Source: an uncultured Candidatus Saccharibacteria bacterium (GTDB lineage Bacteria; Patescibacteriota; Minisyncoccia; Minisyncoccales; Staskawiczbacteraceae). Taken from it: a DNA stretch of 64,000 bases. Positions 36,738 through 45,663 of this stretch are shown in pieces. Within the stretch, counting starts at the first letter, position 1, and each line of letters opens with the position of its first letter. The DNA lies in NCBI GenBank assembly GCA_964397155.1, contig CAYNHB010000001.1, positions 2,093 through 66,092 of the forward strand, read 5' to 3'. Position numbers and translations under genes: made by a program. The notes under the pieces were generated by a model. It did not search any database. It saw only the letters and a list, made by a program, of their open reading frames with translations, and was not told where the DNA came from.

Positions 36738-37792
36738 GTAAAAAAACCATACTTATAACCTCCGCATCCGGAGTGGGATTTCCAAGTTCCGGCCGCTATC
36801 TTAAAGGGTTGGGAAAAGAATTTAGAATTATAGGCACTGCCTTTGGAAAAGACGGATCGGGTTTTGCTTTCATTGACAAGGGGTATTTTATTTCCAAGCC
36901 AAAAGACAAGAATTATGTAAGTGATCTTTTAAGAATTTGTAAAAAAGAAAAAGTTAAAATTTTGATTCCATGTGATCCAAACGAGCTTATTTCAATTGCT
37001 AGCAATAGAGACAAATTTGAAAAGATAGGCACCTTGGTTTTGTTATCATCCTTAAAAAGCATACGGATTGCAGAAGATAAAGAAAGGTTCTTTATCTTCT
37101 GCAAAGAAAAGGGAATTCCTGTTCCAGATTTTATAAAGGTCAAAAATTACAAAGATTTTCGCAGGGCTGTTTTCAGATTGGGTTATCCTAAAAAGACAGT
37201 TTGCTTTAAGCCCAAAATTTCTAGCGGGAGCAGGGGATTTAGGATTTTGTCATCAAAAAATAACCGATTGCGCTCTCTTTTGAAGGGCCAGCCGGGAAGC
37301 ATTGTTGATTTTAATGAAGTTTGTTCAATTTTTAAAAAAGCTAAAAATTTTCCGGAAATTTTAGTTATGGAATTTTTATCTGGCAAAGAATATAGTGTTG
37401 ATATTTTAGCCAACAATGGAGATGCTCAAATTATCATTCCAAGAACAAGAGACAAGGTTCTTTTAGGAGCTAGTTTTTGGGGACAAGTTGTGAAGGAAAA
37501 AGAAATTATTGAATGTTCTAAAAACATAGTTGAGGGCCTTAATCTTAGCACAATAGTGGGGATACAATTTATAAAAGATAGAAAAGGCGCCCTGAAAGCA
37601 CTAGAAGTGAATCCGAGGATCCATGGCGCAGCGCTTCTTAGCGTCGCAGCTGGTGCTGATCTCGTGCTTTTAGCAATAAAAAACGCTTTAGGAGAAAACT
37701 GGAAGAAGCCAAAAATAAAATGGGGAACCAAGTTGTTCCGTTATTTTGACGAAATATATCAAGATGAAAAAGGAAAATTCTTTAAAATTTAA
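36734..37792 (+). CDS. ATP-grasp domain ligase
   Basis: Central ATP-grasp pattern (CFKPKISSGSRGFRIL, EFLSGKEYSVDIL, ALEVNPRIHGA). Confidence 0.6.
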   Translation: MSKKTILITSASGVGFPSSGRYLKGLGKEFRIIGTAFGKDGSGFAFIDKGYFISKPKDKNYVSDLLRICKKEKVKILIPCDPNELISIASNRDKFEKIGTLVLLSSLKSIRIAEDKERFFIFCKEKGIPVPDFIKVKNYKDFRRAVFRLGYPKKTVCFKPKISSGSRGFRILSSKNNRLRSLLKGQPGSIVDFNEVCSIFKKAKNFPEILVMEFLSGKEYSVDILANNGDAQIIIPRTRDKVLLGASFWGQVVKEKEIIECSKNIVEGLNLSTIVGIQFIKDRKGALKALEVNPRIHGAALLSVAAGADLVLLAIKNALGENWKKPKIKWGTKLFRYFDEIYQDEKGKFFKI

Positions 37793-38741
37793 TACTATCT
37801 GCCCGATTTGCAATAGCCGAAAAAACAGATTTCAAAGAAGTATTTCTAAATACAAATTATTTAGTTGTTTAGGTTGCAACGGAGAATTTTCTTGGCCAAC
37901 AAAAAGCTTGACTGATTATAATAAGCCAACTCCAAAAAGGGACTTTGAAAAAGTAGTGGAAAAATCTTTAAGAAGAACTTTTACCTACTCCGCCCTAGCA
38001 ACTTTTTTGAGTTTGATAAAAAGGGGAACAATCTTAGATGTTGGAGCCGGTCCTGGAACTTTTATATTTCATGCGAACAGGCTGGGTTTTGATACGCATG
38101 CCATAGATTTATCAGAAAGTGAATTTAGGCAAAATTGTCCATTCGGCAAGTTCCATATTAGCAGTGGAGAGAAGTTTGATGTGCCAAAAGAGTGGCCTAG
38201 TACTTTTAATGTTATTTCGGCTTTAGATGTTTTAGAGCACGCAGAGGAGCCTCTTGTGGCGGGCCAGAATATATATAAACATTTGGCTGACGGAGGGTAT
38301 TTTATAGGAAGCTTGCCTAACAGAAACAGGTATTATTATAAACTTTTGGGAATGGTAGATGATTTTGTTCTTAAAGATTATGGAGGGGATAATCCTCCTT
38401 ATCACATGACTTTCTGGCGCAAGCAAACAGTCAAAGTTTTTTTGGAAAGCTTGGGTTTTAGAGATTATTATATTTTTTCAGGCGGTTTGGCGTGGAGAAA
38501 AAATATCTCTGTTGGCGGCAAGCGTTCAGCCATTCTTTCGGCATTAACCAACAAGTTTTATAAAAACACTTCAAAAATCCCATTGCCCATAATTAATTTT
38601 GTAGAACGATTTGGCCCTCATTTGATGTTCATTGCAAGAAAAGGAACAGTCAAGGGTGGTTTGCAAAAGACCGGAAATGTTGTTGAAAAAAAATTATATA
38701 ATAAGGAAATACCATTTTTTATTGATGGTGATATAGAATAA
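37764..38741 (+). CDS. Class I SAM-dependent methyltransferase with N-terminal zinc ribbon
   Basis: CPICNS...CLGCNG zinc ribbon, then ILDVGAGPGTF motif I. Confidence 0.6.
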   Translation: MKKENSLKFNTICPICNSRKNRFQRSISKYKLFSCLGCNGEFSWPTKSLTDYNKPTPKRDFEKVVEKSLRRTFTYSALATFLSLIKRGTILDVGAGPGTFIFHANRLGFDTHAIDLSESEFRQNCPFGKFHISSGEKFDVPKEWPSTFNVISALDVLEHAEEPLVAGQNIYKHLADGGYFIGSLPNRNRYYYKLLGMVDDFVLKDYGGDNPPYHMTFWRKQTVKVFLESLGFRDYYIFSGGLAWRKNISVGGKRSAILSALTNKFYKNTSKIPLPIINFVERFGPHLMFIARKGTVKGGLQKTGNVVEKKLYNKEIPFFIDGDIE

Positions 38742-38742
38742 T

Positions 38743-39738
38743 ATGAAAAAAAGATATAAAGCAGTAGTAATCGGATGTGGCAAGGCTGGAGCGGAAGAAT
38801 GGAATTATTCTAAAAAAATCCGGCCAGAAACTCATGCTGCATCATACAAAAAACATTCCAAAATTGATTTGGTAGGTTTGGTAGATACTAATCAAAAAAA
38901 GATAGAGAATGCCGGTAAACATTTTCCAAATGTTCCTTTGTTTAATTCTGCTAAAGATATGTTTGAGAAAATAAAGCCGGATATTGTTTCTATTGCCACT
39001 AATTCTAATTCGCATGCTTCCTTAGTCAAAATGGCGGCAAAACAAAAAGTTCCTGCAATACTTTGTGAAAAACCTATTGCTGAATCCGTCAAACAAGCTG
39101 AAGAGATGATAAAAGCCTGTAAGCAGAATAAATCTTTATTATTTATTCACCACCAGCGCAGGTTTGATCCTTTGCTGCAACAGTGGAAAAAAAGGATAAA
39201 ATATGGTTTAATAGGTAAGATTGTCCAGGTAAATTGCTACTATTACAACGGGCTAATTAATAGCGGAACTCATGTTATTGACCTCTTAAGATTCTTCTTG
39301 GGCGATGTGGAGTGGGTAAAAGGTTTTACGAATAATCAAACCTCTTGGAAGAAAAATGATGACAATATAGACGCCTTGATTAAATTTAAAAATGGGACAT
39401 TGGCAACTCTGCAGACGCTCCCTAAAAACTATGGCCTTTCAGATTTTCACTTTTATGGAGAAAAAGGATATTTTGCCATAAAAAACTTAGGTTATGAGAT
39501 TGAATACAGAAAATTAATAGGAAATAAATACGGCAAAGGTTTCTATCAGTTATCTAGCAGTGTAGAAAAAAAAGGCAAGCCAAGAAGTTTGGTTATTTCT
39601 GTTGTAGATCACATGGTGTCTTGTCTTGATAAAAAAGCAAAACCAATTAGCAGCGGAGAGGATGGATTAGCAGCTATAAAAGTTATTTTTGCTTTAAAGG
39701 AAAGCGCTAAAAAGCAAGGTAAAACTATAAGGTTATGA
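38743..39738 (+). CDS. Gfo/Idh/MocA-family NAD(P)-dependent sugar oxidoreductase
   Basis: AVVIGCGKAG Rossmann motif and the EKP segment (ILCEKPIAES) typical of this family. Confidence 0.7.
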   Translation: MKKRYKAVVIGCGKAGAEEWNYSKKIRPETHAASYKKHSKIDLVGLVDTNQKKIENAGKHFPNVPLFNSAKDMFEKIKPDIVSIATNSNSHASLVKMAAKQKVPAILCEKPIAESVKQAEEMIKACKQNKSLLFIHHQRRFDPLLQQWKKRIKYGLIGKIVQVNCYYYNGLINSGTHVIDLLRFFLGDVEWVKGFTNNQTSWKKNDDNIDALIKFKNGTLATLQTLPKNYGLSDFHFYGEKGYFAIKNLGYEIEYRKLIGNKYGKGFYQLSSSVEKKGKPRSLVISVVDHMVSCLDKKAKPISSGEDGLAAIKVIFALKESAKKQGKTIRL

Positions 39739-39771
39739 TGTAATTAGTAGTTATTTTAAATTAATAACAAA

Positions 39772-40557
39772 ATGAGTAATCAAAAGATTAACACAATTAT
39801 TTTATGCGGCGGGATGGGTACACGTTTGAGAGAGGAAACAGAATTTAAGCCAAAGCCCTTGGTGGAAGTGGGGGGCAAGCCGATTTTGTGGCACATTATG
39901 AAGATTTACAGCCACTATGGCTACAAAGATTTTGTTTTAGCCTTAGGTTATAAAGGAAGCCAGATAAAAGATTATTTTTTAAGACAAAAATATTATACTT
40001 GCGATTTTTCGTTTAATCCGAGCCACGGAAAAGTCAGCGGTTTTTTTCAAAACGGCGAAGAGGATAATTTTAATATTATTTTTGCTGAAACAGGATTGGA
40101 AACCCCACACGGAGAAAGAGTTTTAAAAGTTAAAAAACATGTTCCCGAAGAAATTTTTATGGTTACTTATGGCGACGGAGTGAGCGACATAGACATTAAT
40201 AAACTGATAGAATTTCACAAAAGCCATGGAAAAATAGCAACCATTACCGGGATTCACCCTTCTTCAAGGTGGGGGCTGGTTAATTCAGATGAAAATAATA
40301 TAGTCACAGAATTTGCCCAGAAACCCCTGCTTTACGATTATATAAACGGGGGTTTTATGGTTTTTAACAAAGAGTTTTTTGATTATTTAAAAGAAGGAGA
40401 CATGATAGAAGACGCTTTATCAAGATTGATACCTGAAAAGCAATTAGCTCTTTATAAGCATGAGGGCTTTTGGTATGCGATGGATACTTACAGGGATTTT
40501 TTGCTATTAAATGAGTTTTGGGAAAAAAACCCAAAATGGAAAATATGGCAAGATTAA
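39772..40557 (+). CDS. rfbF: Glucose-1-phosphate cytidylyltransferase
   Basis: ILCGGMGTRLREETEFKPKPLVEVGGKPILWHIMKIYSHYGYKDFVLALGYKG is nearly diagnostic of RfbF/DdhA. Confidence 0.85.
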   Translation: MSNQKINTIILCGGMGTRLREETEFKPKPLVEVGGKPILWHIMKIYSHYGYKDFVLALGYKGSQIKDYFLRQKYYTCDFSFNPSHGKVSGFFQNGEEDNFNIIFAETGLETPHGERVLKVKKHVPEEIFMVTYGDGVSDIDINKLIEFHKSHGKIATITGIHPSSRWGLVNSDENNIVTEFAQKPLLYDYINGGFMVFNKEFFDYLKEGDMIEDALSRLIPEKQLALYKHEGFWYAMDTYRDFLLLNEFWEKNPKWKIWQD

Positions 40558-41492
40558 CTTCAAGCAAAATTTTAGTTACTGGCGGGGCAGGTTTTATTGG
40601 CAGCCATTTGGCAAACGAACTTATAAGGCAAGGCAATAAAGTAATTGTTGTTGACGATTTGTCTTCTGGCAAAAAAGAAAATGTAAGCCCCAAAGCTAAA
40701 TTTTATAAAACAGATGTTAGAAGCAATAAAATTGCTGAAATTTTTAAGAAAGAAAAACCAGAAGTTGTTTTTCATTTTGCTGCCAGGCCATTGGTCCAAG
40801 ATGCTTATAAAAACCCCTATGAGGCAATTGAGGTGAATATTATGGGTACTGTTAATGTTTTAGAGGCCTGCAGGCAACAAAAAAACATAAAGTCAATTAT
40901 TGTTGTTTCTTCAGACAAGGCATATGGCAAAGCAAAAGAATTGCCTTATAAAGAGGATCACCCATTAAGGGGTGACCACCCATATGACGCATCCAAATCA
41001 TCGGCTGATTTAATAGCAAGGGCGTATTTTACAACCTATGGTCTGCCAATTAAAATCACCAGATTCAGCAATGTTTTTGGTCCGGGCGACTTAAATTTTT
41101 CGAGAATTATTCCAGGTATAGTGGAATCTGCGATAAAAAACAAAAAACTTTTGATAAGAAGCGACGGGAAAATGATAAGAGAATATACCTATATTAAAGA
41201 TATAGTGAACGGATGCATCAGATTGGCCGGCCATAAAAAAGACCTTGGAGAGGCGTTTAATTTTGGTTCGGAAAATGTTTTAAGCGTTTTAGATATTGTG
41301 AAGAAATCAGAAGTCGCGCTTGGTAAAAAAATTAATTATAAGATATTGAATATTGCCAAAAATGAAATACCAGAGCAATATCTTGACTGGTCGAAGGCAA
41401 AAGAAAAATTGCGCTGGCAGCCAGAAACAACTTTTGAAAAAGGAATTCAAGAAACATACGATTGGTTTAATAAGGAAAAGTTCTTTTCATAA
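40536..41492 (+). CDS. NAD-dependent sugar epimerase/dehydratase (extended SDR)
   Basis: ILVTGGAGFIGSHL motif and a YxxxK region (YDASKSSAD). Confidence 0.7.
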   Translation: MENMARLTSSKILVTGGAGFIGSHLANELIRQGNKVIVVDDLSSGKKENVSPKAKFYKTDVRSNKIAEIFKKEKPEVVFHFAARPLVQDAYKNPYEAIEVNIMGTVNVLEACRQQKNIKSIIVVSSDKAYGKAKELPYKEDHPLRGDHPYDASKSSADLIARAYFTTYGLPIKITRFSNVFGPGDLNFSRIIPGIVESAIKNKKLLIRSDGKMIREYTYIKDIVNGCIRLAGHKKDLGEAFNFGSENVLSVLDIVKKSEVALGKKINYKILNIAKNEIPEQYLDWSKAKEKLRWQPETTFEKGIQETYDWFNKEKFFS

Positions 41493-41541
41493 AAAAAGCA
41501 CGTTCATTGGTACATACCTTGGTACGTACCAATGAACGTGC
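41491..41541 (-). terminator. Strong hairpin terminator serving the minus-strand GC-rich gene
   Basis: Perfect 16-bp inverted repeat gcacgttcattggtac / gtaccaatgaacgtgc with a 12-nt loop. An A7 run on the + strand becomes a U-run on the minus transcript. Confidence 0.6.
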
Positions 41542-41582
41542 ATACGTGATCGGTTAAGACCGCGCGGTCCCAACAGAATCTA

Positions 41583-42197
41583 TCAGGAATTTTGTAAGAG
41601 CAGTTCGGTGGCGTGGTCGGACCTGAAGATTCCGACCGCCGCTGGTATGATTATCTCCTTGTGGTGCAAGACTGTGTTGCTTGGCAGGTGGTCTATTGGC
41701 CACCAAGAACCCCTTCCTCCTTCGGATTTTTCAAATTCACAGAGGTATATCATTGATTGAAAATGCCCTCGTTTTTCTGTGGTATGGTTGAAGTTGCGGA
41801 CGAACTCGTACCGTTTCAGTCGCGCGTCAAACTCCTCCCTTTTGGCGAGTCGCAGAAAAACATCCTCAATTTCCTCACCAGCTCGCTGAATTGAGCCCGG
41901 GCAATGCCACTGGCCAGGGTAGGCCGTGTCGTGTGTTGAGCGTCGAGTGAGATAGACATTAATAGAAGGGTGCGGGGAGGTGTCGATCTGATGGATAGAT
42001 TTCGCTATGCAGAGCCACACCGCTTCCACAGCGGGCTGGACGACAATCAGAGATATGGCGTTGAAAAGGTTTGTCCCGAGAGGCTTTCTTCCGTCCACCT
42101 TTTCAAGGAGCTCCAGGAGTTGGTCCATCTCTTCATCGGATAACGGTTGTTGGTCGTTTCTGGTCATCAGACACAGTCCTTTTTTCAAATTGGTCAA
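41583..42197 (-). CDS. Nudix-like hydrolase with a divergent Nudix box, in a GC-rich (~52%) segment
   Basis: PGQWHCPGSIQRAGEEIEDVFLRLAKREEF aligns loosely to the Nudix box (GxWxxPGG...E...RE.xEE). The gene is compositionally distinct from its surroundings. Confidence 0.4.
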   Translation of the reverse strand: MTNLKKGLCLMTRNDQQPLSDEEMDQLLELLEKVDGRKPLGTNLFNAISLIVVQPAVEAVWLCIAKSIHQIDTSPHPSINVYLTRRSTHDTAYPGQWHCPGSIQRAGEEIEDVFLRLAKREEFDARLKRYEFVRNFNHTTEKRGHFQSMIYLCEFEKSEGGRGSWWPIDHLPSNTVLHHKEIIIPAAVGIFRSDHATELLLQNS

Positions 42198-42245
42198 ATA
42201 TTGACAAAAAACAAGTCAAAGAAATAATAACAAATAATTGTATAT

Positions 42246-43025
42246 ATGTCAATAGAAAACAAACAGTCAGTAGAGTTGTGGGATAATTATTACAGAGAAG
42301 AAAAAACAAACCCTAAGGTCGGGTTTTTCAGTTCTTATGATATATTTTTACATGACGCTATTTTGGCAAAATATCTGCCGTTTAATAAGAAAAGCAAAGA
42401 AGAGGTTAAGATTTGTGAAATTGGGTCTGGCGACGGAAAGTTATTAAAGAAAATTGCAGATAACTTTAATTATGAACCGTTTGGAATAGAAAATGCCCAA
42501 GAACCGATTAGGCAAGCTAGAGACAGGGGAATAAATATGATTGAAGGAGATGTATTTGATGAAGCTATTTTAGAAAAATATAATGGATATTTTGATGTGG
42601 TTTATTCTTACGGTTTTATAGAACATATTATGCCACCAGAAAAAGCTGTAGAGATTCATTTAAGGCTTTTAAAAAAGGGAGGATATTTCTTTATACAAAT
42701 ACCCCGTTTAAAAGGGTTTAATTATTTACGGTTTAAGATATTCAGGCCCGATCTTTTGCCTCTTCATAATTTAACAATAATGGAAGAAGAGCAGTTAAGG
42801 CGATTTTGCAAAAAAGAAAGTGTTCAAGAGTTGTTTTGTAAAAATTATGGAACATTTAAACTGAGAGTTCCCATGCCCAAGAAAAATATTTTCTGGTTTA
42901 TTCTTAGGGTAGTATATAGTTTAGAATTTATTTTAAATCCTATTTGCAGGATTGTTTTTAAGGATAACGGCTTTGAAACAAGGCTGTTCAGTCCCTGCGT
43001 TATGTTTATAGGAAAAAAAAATTAG
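42246..43025 (+). CDS. Class I SAM-dependent methyltransferase
   Basis: ICEIGSGDGKLL motif I and a downstream acidic motif. Confidence 0.6.
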   Translation: MSIENKQSVELWDNYYREEKTNPKVGFFSSYDIFLHDAILAKYLPFNKKSKEEVKICEIGSGDGKLLKKIADNFNYEPFGIENAQEPIRQARDRGINMIEGDVFDEAILEKYNGYFDVVYSYGFIEHIMPPEKAVEIHLRLLKKGGYFFIQIPRLKGFNYLRFKIFRPDLLPLHNLTIMEEEQLRRFCKKESVQELFCKNYGTFKLRVPMPKKNIFWFILRVVYSLEFILNPICRIVFKDNGFETRLFSPCVMFIGKKN

Positions 43026-43028
43026 TTT

Positions 43029-44153
43029 ATGAATAATAAAATTTTACTAAGCTTTGCTATTCCAACTTATAACAGGGCCAATTCTTTAGAAAAGCTTTTA
43101 AATAATGTTTTACCTCAAGCAAAAGAATTGAAGGATGATGTTGAAATATGCATTTCCGATAATGGTTCAACAGACAATACGCGGGAGGTAGTGGCTGGTT
43201 TTAAGAATAAGTATCCGGACTTGACAATAAAATATAGCAAGAATAAAGAAAATTTAGGAGTTGATGCAAACATAATTAAAGTAGCGGACATGTGTGATGG
43301 AGATTTTGTTTGGACATTTGGAGATGATGATCTTATTGTAAGCAGTGGTTTAAATGCGGTTGTTAGCTTTCTGAAAAAAAATAAAGAAAATTATATAAAA
43401 GATATTGGATTGATTGTTCTTAGAGTAAAATCATATTTTATTGACAAGCAAACTGGGAAAAAAACAATTTATGTGGATACTTTTGACAAGAATAAGCCAG
43501 AGACCATTAAAATAGACAGAAAAGAGGTTATCGGGCTAAGTTTTCCGCAAATCGCCTTTTTATCAATATTAATTTATAACAATAGCCTGCTTAAAGGATT
43601 ATTGGCAGAAGATAGAGCTTTTGCTGAGAAAGGAATCGGGACAAGCCATAACCACATAGTACTGCTTTCTTTAATGTTTATGAAGTATCCTCATGCTAAT
43701 GGAGTTGTCTTTAATAAAGAAATGGTTAGTCAAGAATTATCTCAATACAAATATTTTATTGAGGATAAATTTATGTTGCATTATCAAATGCAAAAGAAAA
43801 TAAACAACTTGTTGCTGTCTTATAAGCATACAAGCGATGATTATGCGCCTTTGTTTACTCAAAGATATAAAGGATTGTTAAGATGGGGTGTTGTAATAGA
43901 CATGATGGTGATGAGAGCCTTTAAGAGTTTTAATTATTTTTCATATTTTGGCTGTTTAAAGTTGTTTTTTAAACACGCAACATTCATAGATGCGCTGTTG
44001 TTTTCCTTCACATTTTCAGTTCTTTTTTTGATCCCCCCTGTAATTTTAACTTCTTTGTATAAGGGTCTGCTAATAATCAGGCATGGCAAAAAATGGAAAG
44101 AGAAATGGGATTTTATAGACAATGCGACTTCCAAGCCGAGAGGCGGAGATTAA
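43029..44153 (+). CDS. Family 2 glycosyltransferase with C-terminal TM segments
   Basis: FAIPTYNRANSL, ICISDNGSTDNT and a DDD motif fit the GT-A fold. Confidence 0.8.
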   Translation: MNNKILLSFAIPTYNRANSLEKLLNNVLPQAKELKDDVEICISDNGSTDNTREVVAGFKNKYPDLTIKYSKNKENLGVDANIIKVADMCDGDFVWTFGDDDLIVSSGLNAVVSFLKKNKENYIKDIGLIVLRVKSYFIDKQTGKKTIYVDTFDKNKPETIKIDRKEVIGLSFPQIAFLSILIYNNSLLKGLLAEDRAFAEKGIGTSHNHIVLLSLMFMKYPHANGVVFNKEMVSQELSQYKYFIEDKFMLHYQMQKKINNLLLSYKHTSDDYAPLFTQRYKGLLRWGVVIDMMVMRAFKSFNYFSYFGCLKLFFKHATFIDALLFSFTFSVLFLIPPVILTSLYKGLLIIRHGKKWKEKWDFIDNATSKPRGGD

Positions 44154-44199
44154 AGGCACAAGAAGAAGAAACGAGCAACCACATTAATTTTTTTTAAAA

Positions 44200-45663
44200 A
44201 TGTATTCATATTTTAAATTTGCAAAGCACACTTTCCTTATAGGCGCGCTCCAGGCGTCAGGGATTATACAAATTCTGATTTTTTTGCCTATTATTACAAA
44301 AATTCTTGGCGCAGAAGATTATGGAATTTGGACTCAGTTAAAAGTTACGATAAGTTTGTTGACTCCGCTTGCTTTTTTTGGTTTAGGTGATGCTATATTA
44401 AGATTCGTATCTGGAGAAAAAGATAAAGAAAAAATTCAAGAGGGAGTTTATTCTTCTTTAGTTTTTATTTCAGGCGTCGCCTTAATAATGGCTTTGCTTA
44501 TAATAGTATTTTCAGAACCAATTGCTGCATTTTTTGGATTCGCTTCAATATTTGTTAAGCTCCTTGCCTTAATGATTATCTTCGAATCTTTTATCGCGGC
44601 TTTTTTGACTATAATTTATGCCAGAAGAGAAATAGAAAAATATTTTTGGTTTTCAATTTTAAAAACATTTGGGGAAACTGGATTAATGATTGGGGCAATT
44701 GTGCTTGGCTACGGATTATACGTCGCAGTTCTTTGGCTTTTGTTCTTTAGAATATTAGTCGCTTTAATTTTATTTATTTATATTATTAAGAAGATCGGCA
44801 TAAAAATTCCTAATTTTTCGTTAATAGGGGAATATATGCATTTTGGCGTGCCCACAATGGCCAACAATCTTTCTTATTGGTTAGTTGCTTCTGTCGACAG
44901 GTATATTATTGGATTATTTCTTGGAGTGCTTTTTGTTGGTTATTATGCTCCGGCTTACTCTATTGGAATGCTTTTAGTGGTTTTTATAATTCCTATTACT
45001 TCTATATTAACAGTGGTTTTGCCTAAGTTTTTTGACGATAATAATCTTGACGAAGTGAGAAAATATTTAAGGTATTCTCTGAAATATTTTTTATTAATAA
45101 TGATTCCTGCGGTTTTTGGATTATCCATCTTATCTCGCCAACTGCTTAACATTCTTTCTACTGAAGAAATCGCAAATAACTCTTATCTTGTTGTTCCTTT
45201 TATAGCAACAAGCATGCTTGTATATGGAATTGCTTCCTTTTTCAACCAAATTTTATTTCTTGTTAAAAAAACAAAACTTATTGCAGTAATCTGGGCAATA
45301 GCTGCTTTTTTAAATCTTGGATTAAACATAGTCTTTATTCCCAAATTTGGAATTATTGCTGCTGCTGGTACCACTCTTTTATCTTATTTTTGCGCCTTTA
45401 TTTTAATATGGTATTTTGCTTTTAAAGAAATCCAATTTGAAATTGAATGGAATTTTATGATTAAAAGCATTGTAGCATCAAGCTTGATGGTTTTGTTTAT
45501 AAAATGGTTTAGTTCGGGGGGTTTTTTGAACCTCGTTTTATCAGTTATTTTAAGTGTTTTTGTCTACGGCATTTTGATATTTTTGTTGAGAGGTGTTGGC
45601 AAAAAAGAGATTAGGTTTTTAAAGGAACTAATTAATCCCCCTACCCAAAACATAAAAACATGA
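44200..45663 (+). CDS. Wzx-type oligosaccharide flippase (MOP superfamily)
   Basis: 487 aa with ~12-14 TM helices and the Polysacc_synt-like N-terminus. Confidence 0.65.
   Translation: MYSYFKFAKHTFLIGALQASGIIQILIFLPIITKILGAEDYGIWTQLKVTISLLTPLAFFGLGDAILRFVSGEKDKEKIQEGVYSSLVFISGVALIMALLIIVFSEPIAAFFGFASIFVKLLALMIIFESFIAAFLTIIYARREIEKYFWFSILKTFGETGLMIGAIVLGYGLYVAVLWLLFFRILVALILFIYIIKKIGIKIPNFSLIGEYMHFGVPTMANNLSYWLVASVDRYIIGLFLGVLFVGYYAPAYSIGMLLVVFIIPITSILTVVLPKFFDDNNLDEVRKYLRYSLKYFLLIMIPAVFGLSILSRQLLNILSTEEIANNSYLVVPFIATSMLVYGIASFFNQILFLVKKTKLIAVIWAIAAFLNLGLNIVFIPKFGIIAAAGTTLLSYFCAFILIWYFAFKEIQFEIEWNFMIKSIVASSLMVLFIKWFSSGGFLNLVLSVILSVFVYGILIFLLRGVGKKEIRFLKELINPPTQNIKT

Noticed and set aside
42007-42286. 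Small + strand ORFs 42007..42204 and 42071..42286 inside the GC-rich island
   Set aside because: They overlap the longer minus-strand Nudix-like ORF and have Arg/Ser-rich translations typical of GC-rich antisense frames.
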